A DNA stretch of 64,000 nucleotides from Thermodesulfobacteriota bacterium (GCA_965226585.1 OZ245366.1:736001-800000), one strand, 5' to 3'. Shown: positions 1-9,030, numbered from the stretch's first letter. A program made the numbers and translations. Notes: generated by a model from the letters alone, not told the origin.

Positions 1-1
1 G

Positions 2-544
2 TCTTACGCGCGGAATTTGAAGGCGATACACTCCGGCTATTTCAAGATACGCAAGGCGCGCCCTGAGGTGATAATAATGGTGGCGGCGAACCGCCCGGCG
101 GTTGAGTTTGTGAAGTTTGCGCGTTCGTTTGGTTCGAAGTCCGTATTTGCCGCGCTTTCTTTTGTGGGTTCAGAGTCTTTCGCTTTTGATCTTGGCGAAA
201 AGGCGGCGGGCGCGCTTATTTCTCAAGTTGTGCCTCTGCCGTGGTCTGATAATCCGCTTGCCAGTCGCTACCGCAAGGCTTTGAAGGTGTATGCGGGCGG
301 CGAGGTGAGTCCGGGTTTTGTTTCAATGGAGGGCTACATTGCGGGGCGTTTGATAGTTGACGCGCTTGAAAGGGTGGAGGGTGATTTGACGCGGGATAAG
401 TTTCTTGATGTAATTTTTTCCGGCGGGGCGTTTGATGTTGACGGTTTGGAGCTTGTTTTTTCGGATACTGACAATGAGGGTTTGAAGAAGGTTAATCTGA
501 CCCGTGTTGCTGATGACGGGAAAAGTTTTGAGGTGGTGAGATGA
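2..544 (+). CDS. ABC transporter substrate-binding protein (branched-chain amino acid / PBP1 type), 5' partial
   Basis: Frame is open from the window start (SYARNLKAI...). LSFVGS, ISQVVP and GFVSMEGYIAG motifs and the C-terminal DNEGLKKVNL are typical of type 1 periplasmic binding proteins. Confidence 0.75.
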   Translation, partial: SYARNLKAIHSGYFKIRKARPEVIIMVAANRPAVEFVKFARSFGSKSVFAALSFVGSESFAFDLGEKAAGALISQVVPLPWSDNPLASRYRKALKVYAGGEVSPGFVSMEGYIAGRLIVDALERVEGDLTRDKFLDVIFSGGAFDVDGLELVFSDTDNEGLKKVNLTRVADDGKSFEVVR

Positions 545-1026
545 GTATGAAAGAGCCGGATTTTAAGAATAAGGAGCACTGGCTTCGCAAACAGCATGAG
601 GTGGTCAACTACCGCCGCAGTTCCATGTATCGCCTCATCATTGAGATGTCGCGCGGTTTGCTTCTTGGAAACGCGGGCGGGCTTGCCACATTGATAGGGA
701 TAATGTCGTCATCGCAGAGAGTTTCCGAGACCGGGTTTTTCCATTGGATTGCGATAATTACTTCGGTGATGTTTCTCATAGGGCTTTGTTTTTCGTTTGC
801 CACTTTGATACTTGTAACGTCTGTTTCCGTAAGGGAGGCGCATTCCGCCGAGACCGCGATGAAGAAGTTTTCAGACGGTGATTTTACGAGGGAGCAGATG
901 CTTTTCTATGTTGAAGACCGAACCCGCAGTATTGCCTCCTCCGCCACAATTTGCGGGATTTTAAGCATAGTTATGATGGGGATTGGAATAGGGCTGGGGC
1001 TTGTGCAGTTGGCTTATTATTTTTAG
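541..1026 (+). CDS. hypothetical membrane protein (about 3 TM helices)
   Basis: ATGA overlap with the upstream stop; three hydrophobic segments. Confidence 0.6.
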   Translation: MSMKEPDFKNKEHWLRKQHEVVNYRRSSMYRLIIEMSRGLLLGNAGGLATLIGIMSSSQRVSETGFFHWIAIITSVMFLIGLCFSFATLILVTSVSVREAHSAETAMKKFSDGDFTREQMLFYVEDRTRSIASSATICGILSIVMMGIGIGLGLVQLAYYF

Positions 1027-1045
1027 TAGGGTGGGGTTGTTAGAG

Positions 1046-2092
1046 ATGTTTTCTAAATTGCAGAAGGCAGTTATTGCCCTTGTTTTCCTTTTTGTGGTTG
1101 TTGTGGGTGCTTTTGTATTTTTTGGGAAATCACACCTATCTGTGGGAGCGTGGTTTGGCTCGGGAGCTACTTATGCAAAACAGCACGATTATTCCGAAGA
1201 GGTAGAGTCATACCGTAAGGCTTTGCAGACAAACCCTGAGAATGTGGAAGTGTGGAATAACTTGGGAGTTGCTTATGGTGAGCAGGGGAAGTATTCCGAA
1301 GCGGTGGAGTCATTTCACGAGGCTTTGAGAATCAATCCTGAATATGTGGAAGCGTGGAATAATTTGGGGCTTGCTTATGGGAAGCAGGGGAAGTATTCCG
1401 AAGAGGTAGAGTCATATCGCAAGGCTTTACAAATTAATCCTGAGAATGCAGAAGCGTGGAATAATTTGGGGCTTGCTTATGATGAGCAGGGGAAGTATTC
1501 CAAAGCGGTAGAGTCGTATCGCAAGGCTGTACGGATTAATCCTGAGTATGCGAGAGCGTGGGCTGGCTTGGGAGTTGTTTATGCGGAGCAGGGGAAGTAT
1601 TCCGAAGCGGTGGAGTCATTTCGCAAGTCTTTGCGAATCAATCCTGAGTATGCGAAGGCATGGAATAATTTGGGAGTTGTTTATGGGAAGCAGAGGAAGT
1701 ATTTCAAAGCGATAGAGTCATATCGTAAGGCTATAAGGATTAATCCTGAGTATGTGGAAGCGTGGGTTGCATTAGGATTTGTTTATGGGATGCAGGGAAA
1801 ATATTCTGAAGCGATAGAATCATACCGTGAATCTTTGCGAATCAATCCTGAGAATGCGGAAGCATGGGCTGGCTTGGGAGTTGTTTATTTGAAACAAGGG
1901 AAGTATTCCGAAGCGATCAAATCATTTCGCAAATCTTTGCGAATCAATCCTGGGTTTGTGGAAGCGTGGACTGGCTTGGCATTTTCTTATAAGGTAAACG
2001 GTCAGGACAGTCAGGCAGTAGAAGCGTATCGGGAAGTAGAAAAGTTTAACCCTGACCTTGCGCGAGATATAAAAAGCGAGATTTTTGATTGA
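1046..2092 (+). CDS. membrane-anchored tetratricopeptide repeat protein
   Basis: N-terminal hydrophobic helix followed by 8-9 34-aa TPR units (EAWNNLG.AY..QGKYSEA.ESYRKAL.INP). ATG at 1046 preferred over the GTG at 1001. Confidence 0.9.
   Translation: MFSKLQKAVIALVFLFVVVVGAFVFFGKSHLSVGAWFGSGATYAKQHDYSEEVESYRKALQTNPENVEVWNNLGVAYGEQGKYSEAVESFHEALRINPEYVEAWNNLGLAYGKQGKYSEEVESYRKALQINPENAEAWNNLGLAYDEQGKYSKAVESYRKAVRINPEYARAWAGLGVVYAEQGKYSEAVESFRKSLRINPEYAKAWNNLGVVYGKQRKYFKAIESYRKAIRINPEYVEAWVALGFVYGMQGKYSEAIESYRESLRINPENAEAWAGLGVVYLKQGKYSEAIKSFRKSLRINPGFVEAWTGLAFSYKVNGQDSQAVEAYREVEKFNPDLARDIKSEIFD
1181..1996 (+). repeat. 102-bp tandem coding repeats (TPR units)
   Basis: CAGGGGAAGTATTCC-like motif recurs at 1181, 1283, 1385, 1487, 1589, 1691, 1793 and 1895 (102-bp period). 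Confidence 0.85.
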
Positions 2093-2125
2093 GTAGGGTG
2101 GGATAGGGCTAGGTATTTGGTGTAT

Positions 2126-2806
2126 TTACCTTTCCTTTTTCGTTTGGTCGCAGAATTCAATTGCCTTTTGTATTTTTCTTACTGCATTTCTTACCTTGTT
2201 TATTTCTCTTTCTAATTCATCGACTCTGTGACTACAACACCATCTATATTGTTTGCCACTTCCACAAGGGCATTGATTCTTTCTTTTTGCATACTTAATT
2301 TGTGTTTTTTGTTTTTGAAGGTGCTCTATGTTTTCTTCGTGATACTTCTTTGCTTCTTCCAAACCTGCTTTTCCGTGTGAGTAGCCTTTCCACGGCTCTT
2401 TTCCGTGTATTCTTTTATAAGATTGCCAGAATAAGATATGCAGGATTTTATCTTGGATGTATTTAGAGGTTGAAACCCATTCGTATTGTGGGAATACACC
2501 TAAGCACAACTTCCCGTCAATACTTGTGTGAAACTCGTCTTCCCTTGGAATTTTTTTACCTGTTTCATATACGCTCGGAAAATTGAATATGTCTGGTTTG
2601 TTAAAATTTATTTCAATTTCATAAGAGTCCGAAATCGACTCATCATTTTTAACATCTAACCTAACTTTTCTTTCGCGTGGGAAGTACACGCAATCATGAA
2701 ATTCAACAGTTCCCCAAACCCTCTTCTTTCTGGTCTCACAATTCAGACTGGGGAACGTCTTTTGAAGTTCTCTTTTATCTGAATTTGTTAGTTTGACGAT
2801 AACCAC
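2126..2806 (-). CDS. CBASS-associated prokaryotic E2-like protein with C-terminal SEC-C metal-binding motif
   Basis: YEIEI..P...FPSVYE...FH...DGKLCLG (E2-like catalytic Cys), WKGYSHG..G..E and NQCPCGSGKQYRWCC (SEC-C). Overlaps the CD-NTase 3' end. Confidence 0.75.
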   Translation of the reverse strand: MVIVKLTNSDKRELQKTFPSLNCETRKKRVWGTVEFHDCVYFPRERKVRLDVKNDESISDSYEIEINFNKPDIFNFPSVYETGKKIPREDEFHTSIDGKLCLGVFPQYEWVSTSKYIQDKILHILFWQSYKRIHGKEPWKGYSHGKAGLEEAKKYHEENIEHLQKQKTQIKYAKRKNQCPCGSGKQYRWCCSHRVDELEREINKVRNAVRKIQKAIEFCDQTKKER

Positions 2807-3777
2807 GGTCTCTCAACACCGACTTCAATATGTGATCTATTTCTATTAGTGCCATTATCATCGCTATCCGCCTCTTTCCCAAGAGGAAATCTCTCCCCGA
2901 AAACTTTTCTCCAATACTCGGAAGATTCTTTTTCGCATTCAGAATCAATAGCACCTCTAGCATTATCAGCCAGTTTCTTTATCTCTTCCATAACCTTTTT
3001 CTCGTTATACTTCTCTAGAAGGTCTTCATCAGTCGGGGTTGTTGGTCTGCAGCAAGTAAAGTTCAACTCTAGAGCACTCTTTATTCTATCAATGGTTTGC
3101 TTCAGCGACAGGTCATCTCTATCATCTTCAGAGAGATTATTACAGGCAAGTATGGTTAGAATGAAACCCGATGGCAGTTTCAAACTTGAATTTTCACTCT
3201 CTCTGTAGTCCTTCCATGCCTTGAGGTACCTTATAATCCTTCTCAATTGCCCTTCGTTATTCGTGTCAGATATTTTTTCTTCTACCCAAACACGGAAACC
3301 TTGAGGGTCGCTTTCTATAAAACCGTCGGCTTTGTGCGCTAACCGGGGCGTATCATCATCTTTTTCTATCCAATACATAGGCAAGTCTATATGGTGCCCG
3401 TCCGCATAAATTACGCGGATGCATGTGTTTTTATCCTGATGGCTCTCCGCATGCCCATCTACCGCCTTCCCAATCCTATCATGATAAGTGATGACCTCTT
3501 TCCGTTCTTCTTTTGGATAAGTGAAATAGACACCATCATCCAAGTCATACTTCTCTTTGATTGAACCGTCATCTTGTTCTTTGGGAATCGGGTTAAGGTT
3601 AGTTTGAAGAGAGAAAGAACCCTGAGAATGAAAACTGGGTAATTCCCATTTCTTTTCTTTAAAGTGTCCTTTTATTTTATCTCTTAGGGCATTTCTGTTG
3701 GTTTTGAGTTTTTCCCTTTTCGAATCTGACAATCTTATTTTAGAGTCAAATGTCGTGAAAAGTTTGTTTGTGTTCAT
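2788..3777 (-). CDS. cGAS/DncV-like nucleotidyltransferase (CD-NTase, SMODS), CBASS cyclase
   Basis: Pol-beta NTase motifs SQGSF, YDLDDG and HIDLP, plus LRRIIRYLKAWKD, PSGFILT and W..VFG.RFP. AGGAGG RBS before ATG 3777; ATGA overlap with the effector stop. Confidence 0.92.
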   Translation of the reverse strand: MNTNKLFTTFDSKIRLSDSKREKLKTNRNALRDKIKGHFKEKKWELPSFHSQGSFSLQTNLNPIPKEQDDGSIKEKYDLDDGVYFTYPKEERKEVITYHDRIGKAVDGHAESHQDKNTCIRVIYADGHHIDLPMYWIEKDDDTPRLAHKADGFIESDPQGFRVWVEEKISDTNNEGQLRRIIRYLKAWKDYRESENSSLKLPSGFILTILACNNLSEDDRDDLSLKQTIDRIKSALELNFTCCRPTTPTDEDLLEKYNEKKVMEEIKKLADNARGAIDSECEKESSEYWRKVFGERFPLGKEADSDDNGTNRNRSHIEVGVERPWLSSN

Positions 3778-4373
3778 TTTGAACCTCCTTGTTTTGAAAC
3801 TTTCATGCAACCCTTGGTTTGCGGGTCGCGATTAGTAAAATAGTAGCCTTCCAAGCGTATTGATTCTCCTTTTTCAATAATATCCAGAACACTCATGCCA
3901 TCATGTGCGTTTAAAGTATCTCCATTTTTGCACGACCCTCTGTTGTGGTAGTAGAAATGCAACTTGGAATTTTCAACCTCATCGGTTGTGACAAATGCTT
4001 CCGTACTCTCTGACCGAGTTTCATTTTCTCCTTCTTCATCAGCAAATACTGAGACAATTTTTATGTGGGAGCAGGTTTGTGTAATTGATAAAGTGCAAAG
4101 TTTGGAACGGTTTTTCCCTTCCCAAAAAGACTCTATTTCTCCGCCATACTCGCCGCTAATGTTCGGGACTGTATTTATCCAATTCATTAGTGGTAATTTC
4201 CACAGCCACTTGTCATAAGAGACAATGATAAGCATAACGATTGTTAAAGGTCCTACCCCTTGTAAGATTTCGTACTCCCATAGATTTTCAAAAAATCCTA
4301 ATGATATGTACCAACACACCACGACAAGCGGTAGTAAGTATCTCGGTTTGTAGTACCTCAGATTTATTTTCAT
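3774..4373 (-). CDS. cap15: CBASS 2TM beta-strand-rich effector (Cap15 / S-2TM-beta family)
   Basis: Two N-terminal TM helices, then YDKWLWK, PNISG.Y.G.I.S, ITQT, SES, HDG and LEGYYFTNR...TKG motifs. Directly upstream of the CD-NTase; purine-rich RBS before ATG 4373. Confidence 0.85.
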   Translation of the reverse strand: MKINLRYYKPRYLLPLVVVCWYISLGFFENLWEYEILQGVGPLTIVMLIIVSYDKWLWKLPLMNWINTVPNISGEYGGEIESFWEGKNRSKLCTLSITQTCSHIKIVSVFADEEGENETRSESTEAFVTTDEVENSKLHFYYHNRGSCKNGDTLNAHDGMSVLDIIEKGESIRLEGYYFTNRDPQTKGCMKVSKQGGSK

Positions 4374-4410
4374 AAATCTATATCCCCCTTCCTTCTCAAT
4401 CTCCCCATGG

Positions 4411-4545
4411 TCACAAGCCTTTGCGCCCAATAACATTCAGGATTTGGAGCCACTCAATCCCGACAACCCCATCATATGGCATGAGGATATTTCGGTCAAT
4501 ACCATATGTTGATTTTTGCGTGGTGTTTGATGTTTCTATCTCCAT
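4411..4545 (-). CDS. uncalled 44-aa small ORF (MEIETSNTTQKSTYGIDRNILMPYDGVVGIEWLQILNVIGRKGL)
   Basis: Read by hand. AAGGTGG RBS just after the ATPase stop; fills the gap between the ATPase and cap15. Confidence 0.45.
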   Translation of the reverse strand: MEIETSNTTQKSTYGIDRNILMPYDGVVGIEWLQILNVIGRKGL

Positions 4546-4557
4546 CACACCACCTTA

Positions 4558-5772
4558 CTACTCATCCCTTTCCTTCTGCCTCAAGATATATTCCCCCAGA
4601 AGCGGGATGGCGAAAGAATACTTGCCGTGTCGGTTCTTAAAAACAAGTCCCTTATCAGCCAATGTAACCAGCATTTGATTTACATGACTGTTACTGAACG
4701 GACTGCCCGAAATAGCTTTCGACTGCTCAACCACTTCTTGAACTGTGAACTCCCCGTCTCTGCGCTTCAACGAAGCAATCGCAAACATAAGGTCACGTTG
4801 GCGATCCGTAGCGCGTGCCCAACGTCCGGCAAAAAAGTCGGCGTCCAGTCTTTGCTCAATTTTCTCGGCGGGAACGAATGCCTTTTCCCCTTTGTCCGAA
4901 AGTTGGATGAACAAATCAAATACTTCCTTGCATATAAACTGTATGAAATATGGATAGCCGCCCGACATTTTAACAATGGTGTTCACCGATTCTGGTGTTA
5001 GCACTATGGGGCTTTCAGAGTTTTCAATTGGCTTTGTTATAGCTTTTCTGCTGTCTTCATCCTTAAGTTTTTCCAGTTCAACCACATGGAACATACGTTC
5101 GGCGAAAGTGCGGGAGTCCACCAGTTTCGGGAATAGTGTCGGCAATCCCGTCAATACCAGCATTAACGGCAAGTTTTTCCGCTGCAGAGACTGGAATGTG
5201 TCAAGCAATAAAGCCATGGGAAACTGCTCTTTTTCCTGATGGTCTGCGAGGTTCTGGGCTTCATCGTAGGCGAATATAATACCGCGAATATTAGAGTCCA
5301 TATGTGAAATTACGCTCCACGACAACTCCAGGACAGCTTTAATCTTATCAAGTGCCAGTCCCGGAGTTTTTTCATACACGTTAATCAAAGCTTGGTAATC
5401 AAGCGTTTGGTGTTGAATTTCCTCCTTGCTGTCAAAGCCGATAGTAGTATGTCGCACAGACTCTACTGAGATGGACGAAGTTATTGAGGACAGGTCGGCA
5501 ATGAGACGTTTCACTAAATTGTCTTCGTTTATACTGGTGGATTCGCTGAGGTCCGTGCCAACCCAGAGCCACTCGCTTTCTATGGCGAGGGGCTTTAAAG
5601 TTTCAAGCAGGACGGTTTTCCCGACACCCCGCAAGCCCGTCAAAACCATGTTTTTCAAAATGATTTCTTGCTTGAGAAGATCTTTGAATTCGTTTTTTTC
5701 TTCCTCTCTTCCCGCAAGATAGGGCGGCTGATGTCCGGCTCCCGGCTTGAAAGGGTTGATCATTTTCTCCAT
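4558..5772 (-). CDS. AAA/STAND-like ATPase with C-terminal winged helix
   Basis: NPFKPGAG..PPYLAGRE, Walker A GLRGVGKT, Walker B IFAYDEAQ, GGYPYFIQ and a C-terminal wHTH-like L.DKGLV....HGKYSF. GGAGG RBS. Confidence 0.85.
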   Translation of the reverse strand: MEKMINPFKPGAGHQPPYLAGREEEKNEFKDLLKQEIILKNMVLTGLRGVGKTVLLETLKPLAIESEWLWVGTDLSESTSINEDNLVKRLIADLSSITSSISVESVRHTTIGFDSKEEIQHQTLDYQALINVYEKTPGLALDKIKAVLELSWSVISHMDSNIRGIIFAYDEAQNLADHQEKEQFPMALLLDTFQSLQRKNLPLMLVLTGLPTLFPKLVDSRTFAERMFHVVELEKLKDEDSRKAITKPIENSESPIVLTPESVNTIVKMSGGYPYFIQFICKEVFDLFIQLSDKGEKAFVPAEKIEQRLDADFFAGRWARATDRQRDLMFAIASLKRRDGEFTVQEVVEQSKAISGSPFSNSHVNQMLVTLADKGLVFKNRHGKYSFAIPLLGEYILRQKERDE

Positions 5773-5900
5773 TTTTCAGCACCTCCTTTATAGATTAACA
5801 ACGCAGACTAAATATAGTGTTGTATCTACTTTTAGTCAAGTGTCGCACAGGCAATAATTCTTTGGCGGCAAACATCTCCAAACCATATAAACTCCCCCGC

Positions 5901-6713
5901 ATGCCCAAACACCTCCGCATCGCCATCTTAACCCTCCTCCTGCTCATCTCTCTCCCTTCTTCGTCAACTGCCGGCGTATGGCAGGTTTGGCAAACTTATG
6001 GCGATACGCCTTCCACAATCTCTCATAAACCATGGGCAAACTTCCTCAACCGCTATATCTCCTCGCAAAACGGTATCGCGCTTTTTGATTACGGGGGCGT
6101 TTCGGGAGAGGATAAGGCGGCGCTGGATAACTATGTGGCGAAACTCTCAGACGCAGAGGTAACTTCATTTTCGCGTGATGAACAATTTGCCTACTGGATT
6201 AACCTCTATAACGCGCTCACCATTCAACTTGTGCTGGATAACTACCCCGTGCCGTCTATAAAAAATATCTATACAAAACTCGTCAAAATAGGTCCCTGGT
6301 ATAAAAAACTCACCGCCGTTCAAGGCGAAAAAATCTCGCTTAACGATATTGAACACAGGATCCTGCGCCCGATATGGAAAGACCCCCGCGTGCATTACGC
6401 AATCAACTGCGCGTCTATCGGATGCCCGAACCTCACAACCGCCTACACGGTGAAAAATATGGAAAAAATGCTGAACTCCGCCGCCGCAGACTACATCAAC
6501 CACCCGCGCGGCGCAGATGTGCAAAACGGCAAACTCCGCGTGTCGTCAATCTTCAAATGGTTTCAGGAAGACTTCGGCGGCAATGACAAAGGCGTTATCG
6601 CCCACATTAAAAAATACGCCTCGCCGCAACTGCAAAAGAAATTAAAAGGAATTACCAAAATCTCAGGGCATCACTATGATTGGTCGCTGAATGACGCGAA
6701 GCGGGGGGATTGA
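5901..6713 (+). CDS. DUF547 domain exported protein
   Basis: Signal peptide; AYWINLYNA, SLNDIEH.ILR, DPRVHYAINCASIGCP and YDWSLN. Confidence 0.88.
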   Translation: MPKHLRIAILTLLLLISLPSSSTAGVWQVWQTYGDTPSTISHKPWANFLNRYISSQNGIALFDYGGVSGEDKAALDNYVAKLSDAEVTSFSRDEQFAYWINLYNALTIQLVLDNYPVPSIKNIYTKLVKIGPWYKKLTAVQGEKISLNDIEHRILRPIWKDPRVHYAINCASIGCPNLTTAYTVKNMEKMLNSAAADYINHPRGADVQNGKLRVSSIFKWFQEDFGGNDKGVIAHIKKYASPQLQKKLKGITKISGHHYDWSLNDAKRGD

Positions 6714-6759
6714 TATTTGCGTCCGGCGTTTATAGACTATATTACCGACAGGAGAAAAA

Positions 6760-6969
6760 ATGCAGTTAACAGCAGTCATAACCCCCGCCGATGAAGGCGG
6801 TTTTATAGCGATAAACCCTGAAACCGGAACCCATACACAAGGAGAATCCGTTGAAGAGGCATTGTCAAACCTTCAGGAAGCGACCGAGTTGTATCTGGAA
6901 GAGTTTCCGCTGAAATATCGCGGCAAATCTCTTATGACGACTTTTGAAGTTCAGGCGAATGTCTCCTAA
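6760..6969 (+). CDS. hicB: HicB-family antitoxin (short, no DNA-binding domain)
   Basis: EGGF.A..PE.G..TQGES.EEAL.NL.EA..LYLE; AGGAG RBS. Confidence 0.85.
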   Translation: MQLTAVITPADEGGFIAINPETGTHTQGESVEEALSNLQEATELYLEEFPLKYRGKSLMTTFEVQANVS

Positions 6970-7186
6970 ACTCCCCCATCTTTCCGGAAAAGAAATTGTA
7001 AAGACCCTTGAAGATTTGGGCTTTGTTGTTGCCCGAAGAAAGGGCAGTCATATAGTCTTGCGCCGCGGCTCACGCGGTTGTGTTATTCCAAATCACAAGG
7101 AAGTTAAAACCGGAACGCTTGCCGGTCTGTTAAGGCAGGCAGGCGTTGATAATGAGGACTTTCTGAAAGCGAGAAAGAAAGGGTAA
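6959..7186 (+). CDS. hicA: HicA-family mRNA interferase toxin
   Basis: SGKEIVK.L...GF...R.KGSH...IP.HKE...GTL..LLRQAG. Confidence 0.88.
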   Translation: MSPKLPHLSGKEIVKTLEDLGFVVARRKGSHIVLRRGSRGCVIPNHKEVKTGTLAGLLRQAGVDNEDFLKARKKG

Positions 7187-7202
7187 TGCCCCTTTCTTTC
7201 TC
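7171..7202. terminator. hairpin between convergent hicA and OMP genes
   Basis: GAGAAAGAAAGGG-taatgc-CCCTTTCTTTCTC, a perfect 13-bp stem. Confidence 0.6.
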
Positions 7203-7207
7203 CTCAA

Positions 7208-8950
7208 TCAAAGAAGGTCAAACACGGGAAGCGTGTAGCCGATGCTGATGGTGAACCGGTTCCCGCTGGCGTCTGATGTTCTGTTGTTGGGGGCTGTGCC
7301 GGGGTCGTAAAAGTTCGGCTCTTCCCCGTAATCAACATACTGCCAACTGATTTGGGTGAAGAAATTGTCAATCGCCGCCGTTTTCAAACCTAATCCGAAT
7401 ATGTAGCCGGTGTAAGTCTGGTCATCCGGGACTGTACCGGCGGGCGCGCCGTTGTCCACCAAACGGGTAACATCCCAGTCTGCGCGAGTCCAGCCGGACT
7501 CAACATAGAACATTGAGGTATTTCCCAGTTTGTAGCCAAGCAAACCCGTAACGAAAATCTCGCTGTTCTGCTCTATCTTGGTGTTAAATCCAATCGTCTT
7601 TTCATATTCAAATCCGCCGAGTTGATACCCTCCGTTCACACCGGCAACAAAGTCGCCGTAAAGAACATAGTCAAACCCGACGAAACCTTGCCCGTCCCAT
7701 CCCTCAATGGAGAGTTCTTCGCTTTCGTTCTTGCTTGGTCTCTCATAAACCCATGTGCCCGCGGCGCGTCCGCCGCCAATTCCGATTGAAAGACCGTGCT
7801 TGAGTTTGTTGACATTATTGCGGACTGCCTCCCCCCTCGCGCTTCCAAACTGGTAGGTGAGCCCAACGCTGAACTGGTCGTGGGTGATGTCTATCTCATC
7901 GGGAATGAGGGCGATTGTAACTTCGTGTGTCGGGCTGGATAAGGAGCGGTCGCAGGCTACTCCCTCAATTCTTCCTCCGATTGATCTGAAGTTGCAGGCA
8001 AATTCAGAGTTGGTGAAATAATCCCTCATTTTGAAAGAGGAGTAGCGGTTGTGGATGAAGTCCAGCCGCAGTGAAAGCCCGCCCCACAGCGCGGTCTCCT
8101 GACCAATACCGAACTGAAAACCGTTCACTCCTGTACTGACAGTAGACATTGTTCTGCCGCAATCAAGAAGGGTGTTTCCCCCTTCGCCTCCCACAGGCGG
8201 CAGGTTATCACCCGCCGCATTCACACTGCCACAGTTCGGCAATCCGAACAATTCCCCGTAGCCGTTAGATGTGTCCGGGGCGGCAATCCACCAATCAGTC
8301 CTGTTTGCTATTGGGGCATCAAGAGGCAGCCCTGAGTAGTTCACTGCGTATTCCGCCCTTGTATATCCGACCCGCAGGAAAAGCAGGTCGGTCTGATTCA
8401 GAAGGAAACCGCCGATGACCGAAGCGCCGTATTCAGCGCTTTCGCGTTCAAGCCGTATGCCAACGTATCTGCCGTCTCTGCGGGCGTTGGATTTTACATC
8501 CCCGACAGAGACGTGCGCCTCCGCGCCCACAACAAATTTTTCCGCAAGTGTGTATCTGTATCCGCCATAACCCCTGAACTCAACCGCGCTATCGGCATAA
8601 CCTTCCTCATCTCCATCTACTGCTTCATAACATCCGTCCTGATCGCTTATTGTGCCATCCTCGTTGAGGTCATAGCCATCAGTGATTACGTTATTGCTAG
8701 CGTCTAATACTCTCCTTTCACAAATGAAACCGAACTTTCGAGAGGTGGACCCCGCATCACGTATCATCTGGTGCGCCGCCGCATCGGAAATCACATTTCT
8801 CAAGGCGTGGGAAACTCCCAAGCCGACACTGCCGCCGATGTAAGGACCGTGAAATAACTTGCCCGCTTCCGCGTTTGCGGCCGGCATATGGACTGACTGA
8901 ATCAGAAATATCGCAAAGAAAGATATGAAGAAAGTTAAAATCGCTCTCAT
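7208..8950 (-). CDS. outer membrane protein with two tandem OmpA/Omp25-like beta-barrel domains
   Basis: Signal peptide. First barrel runs FHGPYIGG...FSVGLTYQF; second runs HGLSIGIGGG...FTISIGYTL. GGAGG RBS before ATG 8950. Confidence 0.75.
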   Translation of the reverse strand: MRAILTFFISFFAIFLIQSVHMPAANAEAGKLFHGPYIGGSVGLGVSHALRNVISDAAAHQMIRDAGSTSRKFGFICERRVLDASNNVITDGYDLNEDGTISDQDGCYEAVDGDEEGYADSAVEFRGYGGYRYTLAEKFVVGAEAHVSVGDVKSNARRDGRYVGIRLERESAEYGASVIGGFLLNQTDLLFLRVGYTRAEYAVNYSGLPLDAPIANRTDWWIAAPDTSNGYGELFGLPNCGSVNAAGDNLPPVGGEGGNTLLDCGRTMSTVSTGVNGFQFGIGQETALWGGLSLRLDFIHNRYSSFKMRDYFTNSEFACNFRSIGGRIEGVACDRSLSSPTHEVTIALIPDEIDITHDQFSVGLTYQFGSARGEAVRNNVNKLKHGLSIGIGGGRAAGTWVYERPSKNESEELSIEGWDGQGFVGFDYVLYGDFVAGVNGGYQLGGFEYEKTIGFNTKIEQNSEIFVTGLLGYKLGNTSMFYVESGWTRADWDVTRLVDNGAPAGTVPDDQTYTGYIFGLGLKTAAIDNFFTQISWQYVDYGEEPNFYDPGTAPNNRTSDASGNRFTISIGYTLPVFDLL

Positions 8951-9030
8951 GGCATTAAGACCTCCGGTGTGCAAAATCACCGCCACAACTCTAACCTTTA
9001 TCACCGCTTTATGTCAAACTGCTCCCCCCC

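Noticed and set aside
4558..5772. Cap6/TRIP13 of type III CBASS
   Set aside because: The architecture is STAND/archaeal-ATPase-like with a wHTH, and no HORMA gene is present.
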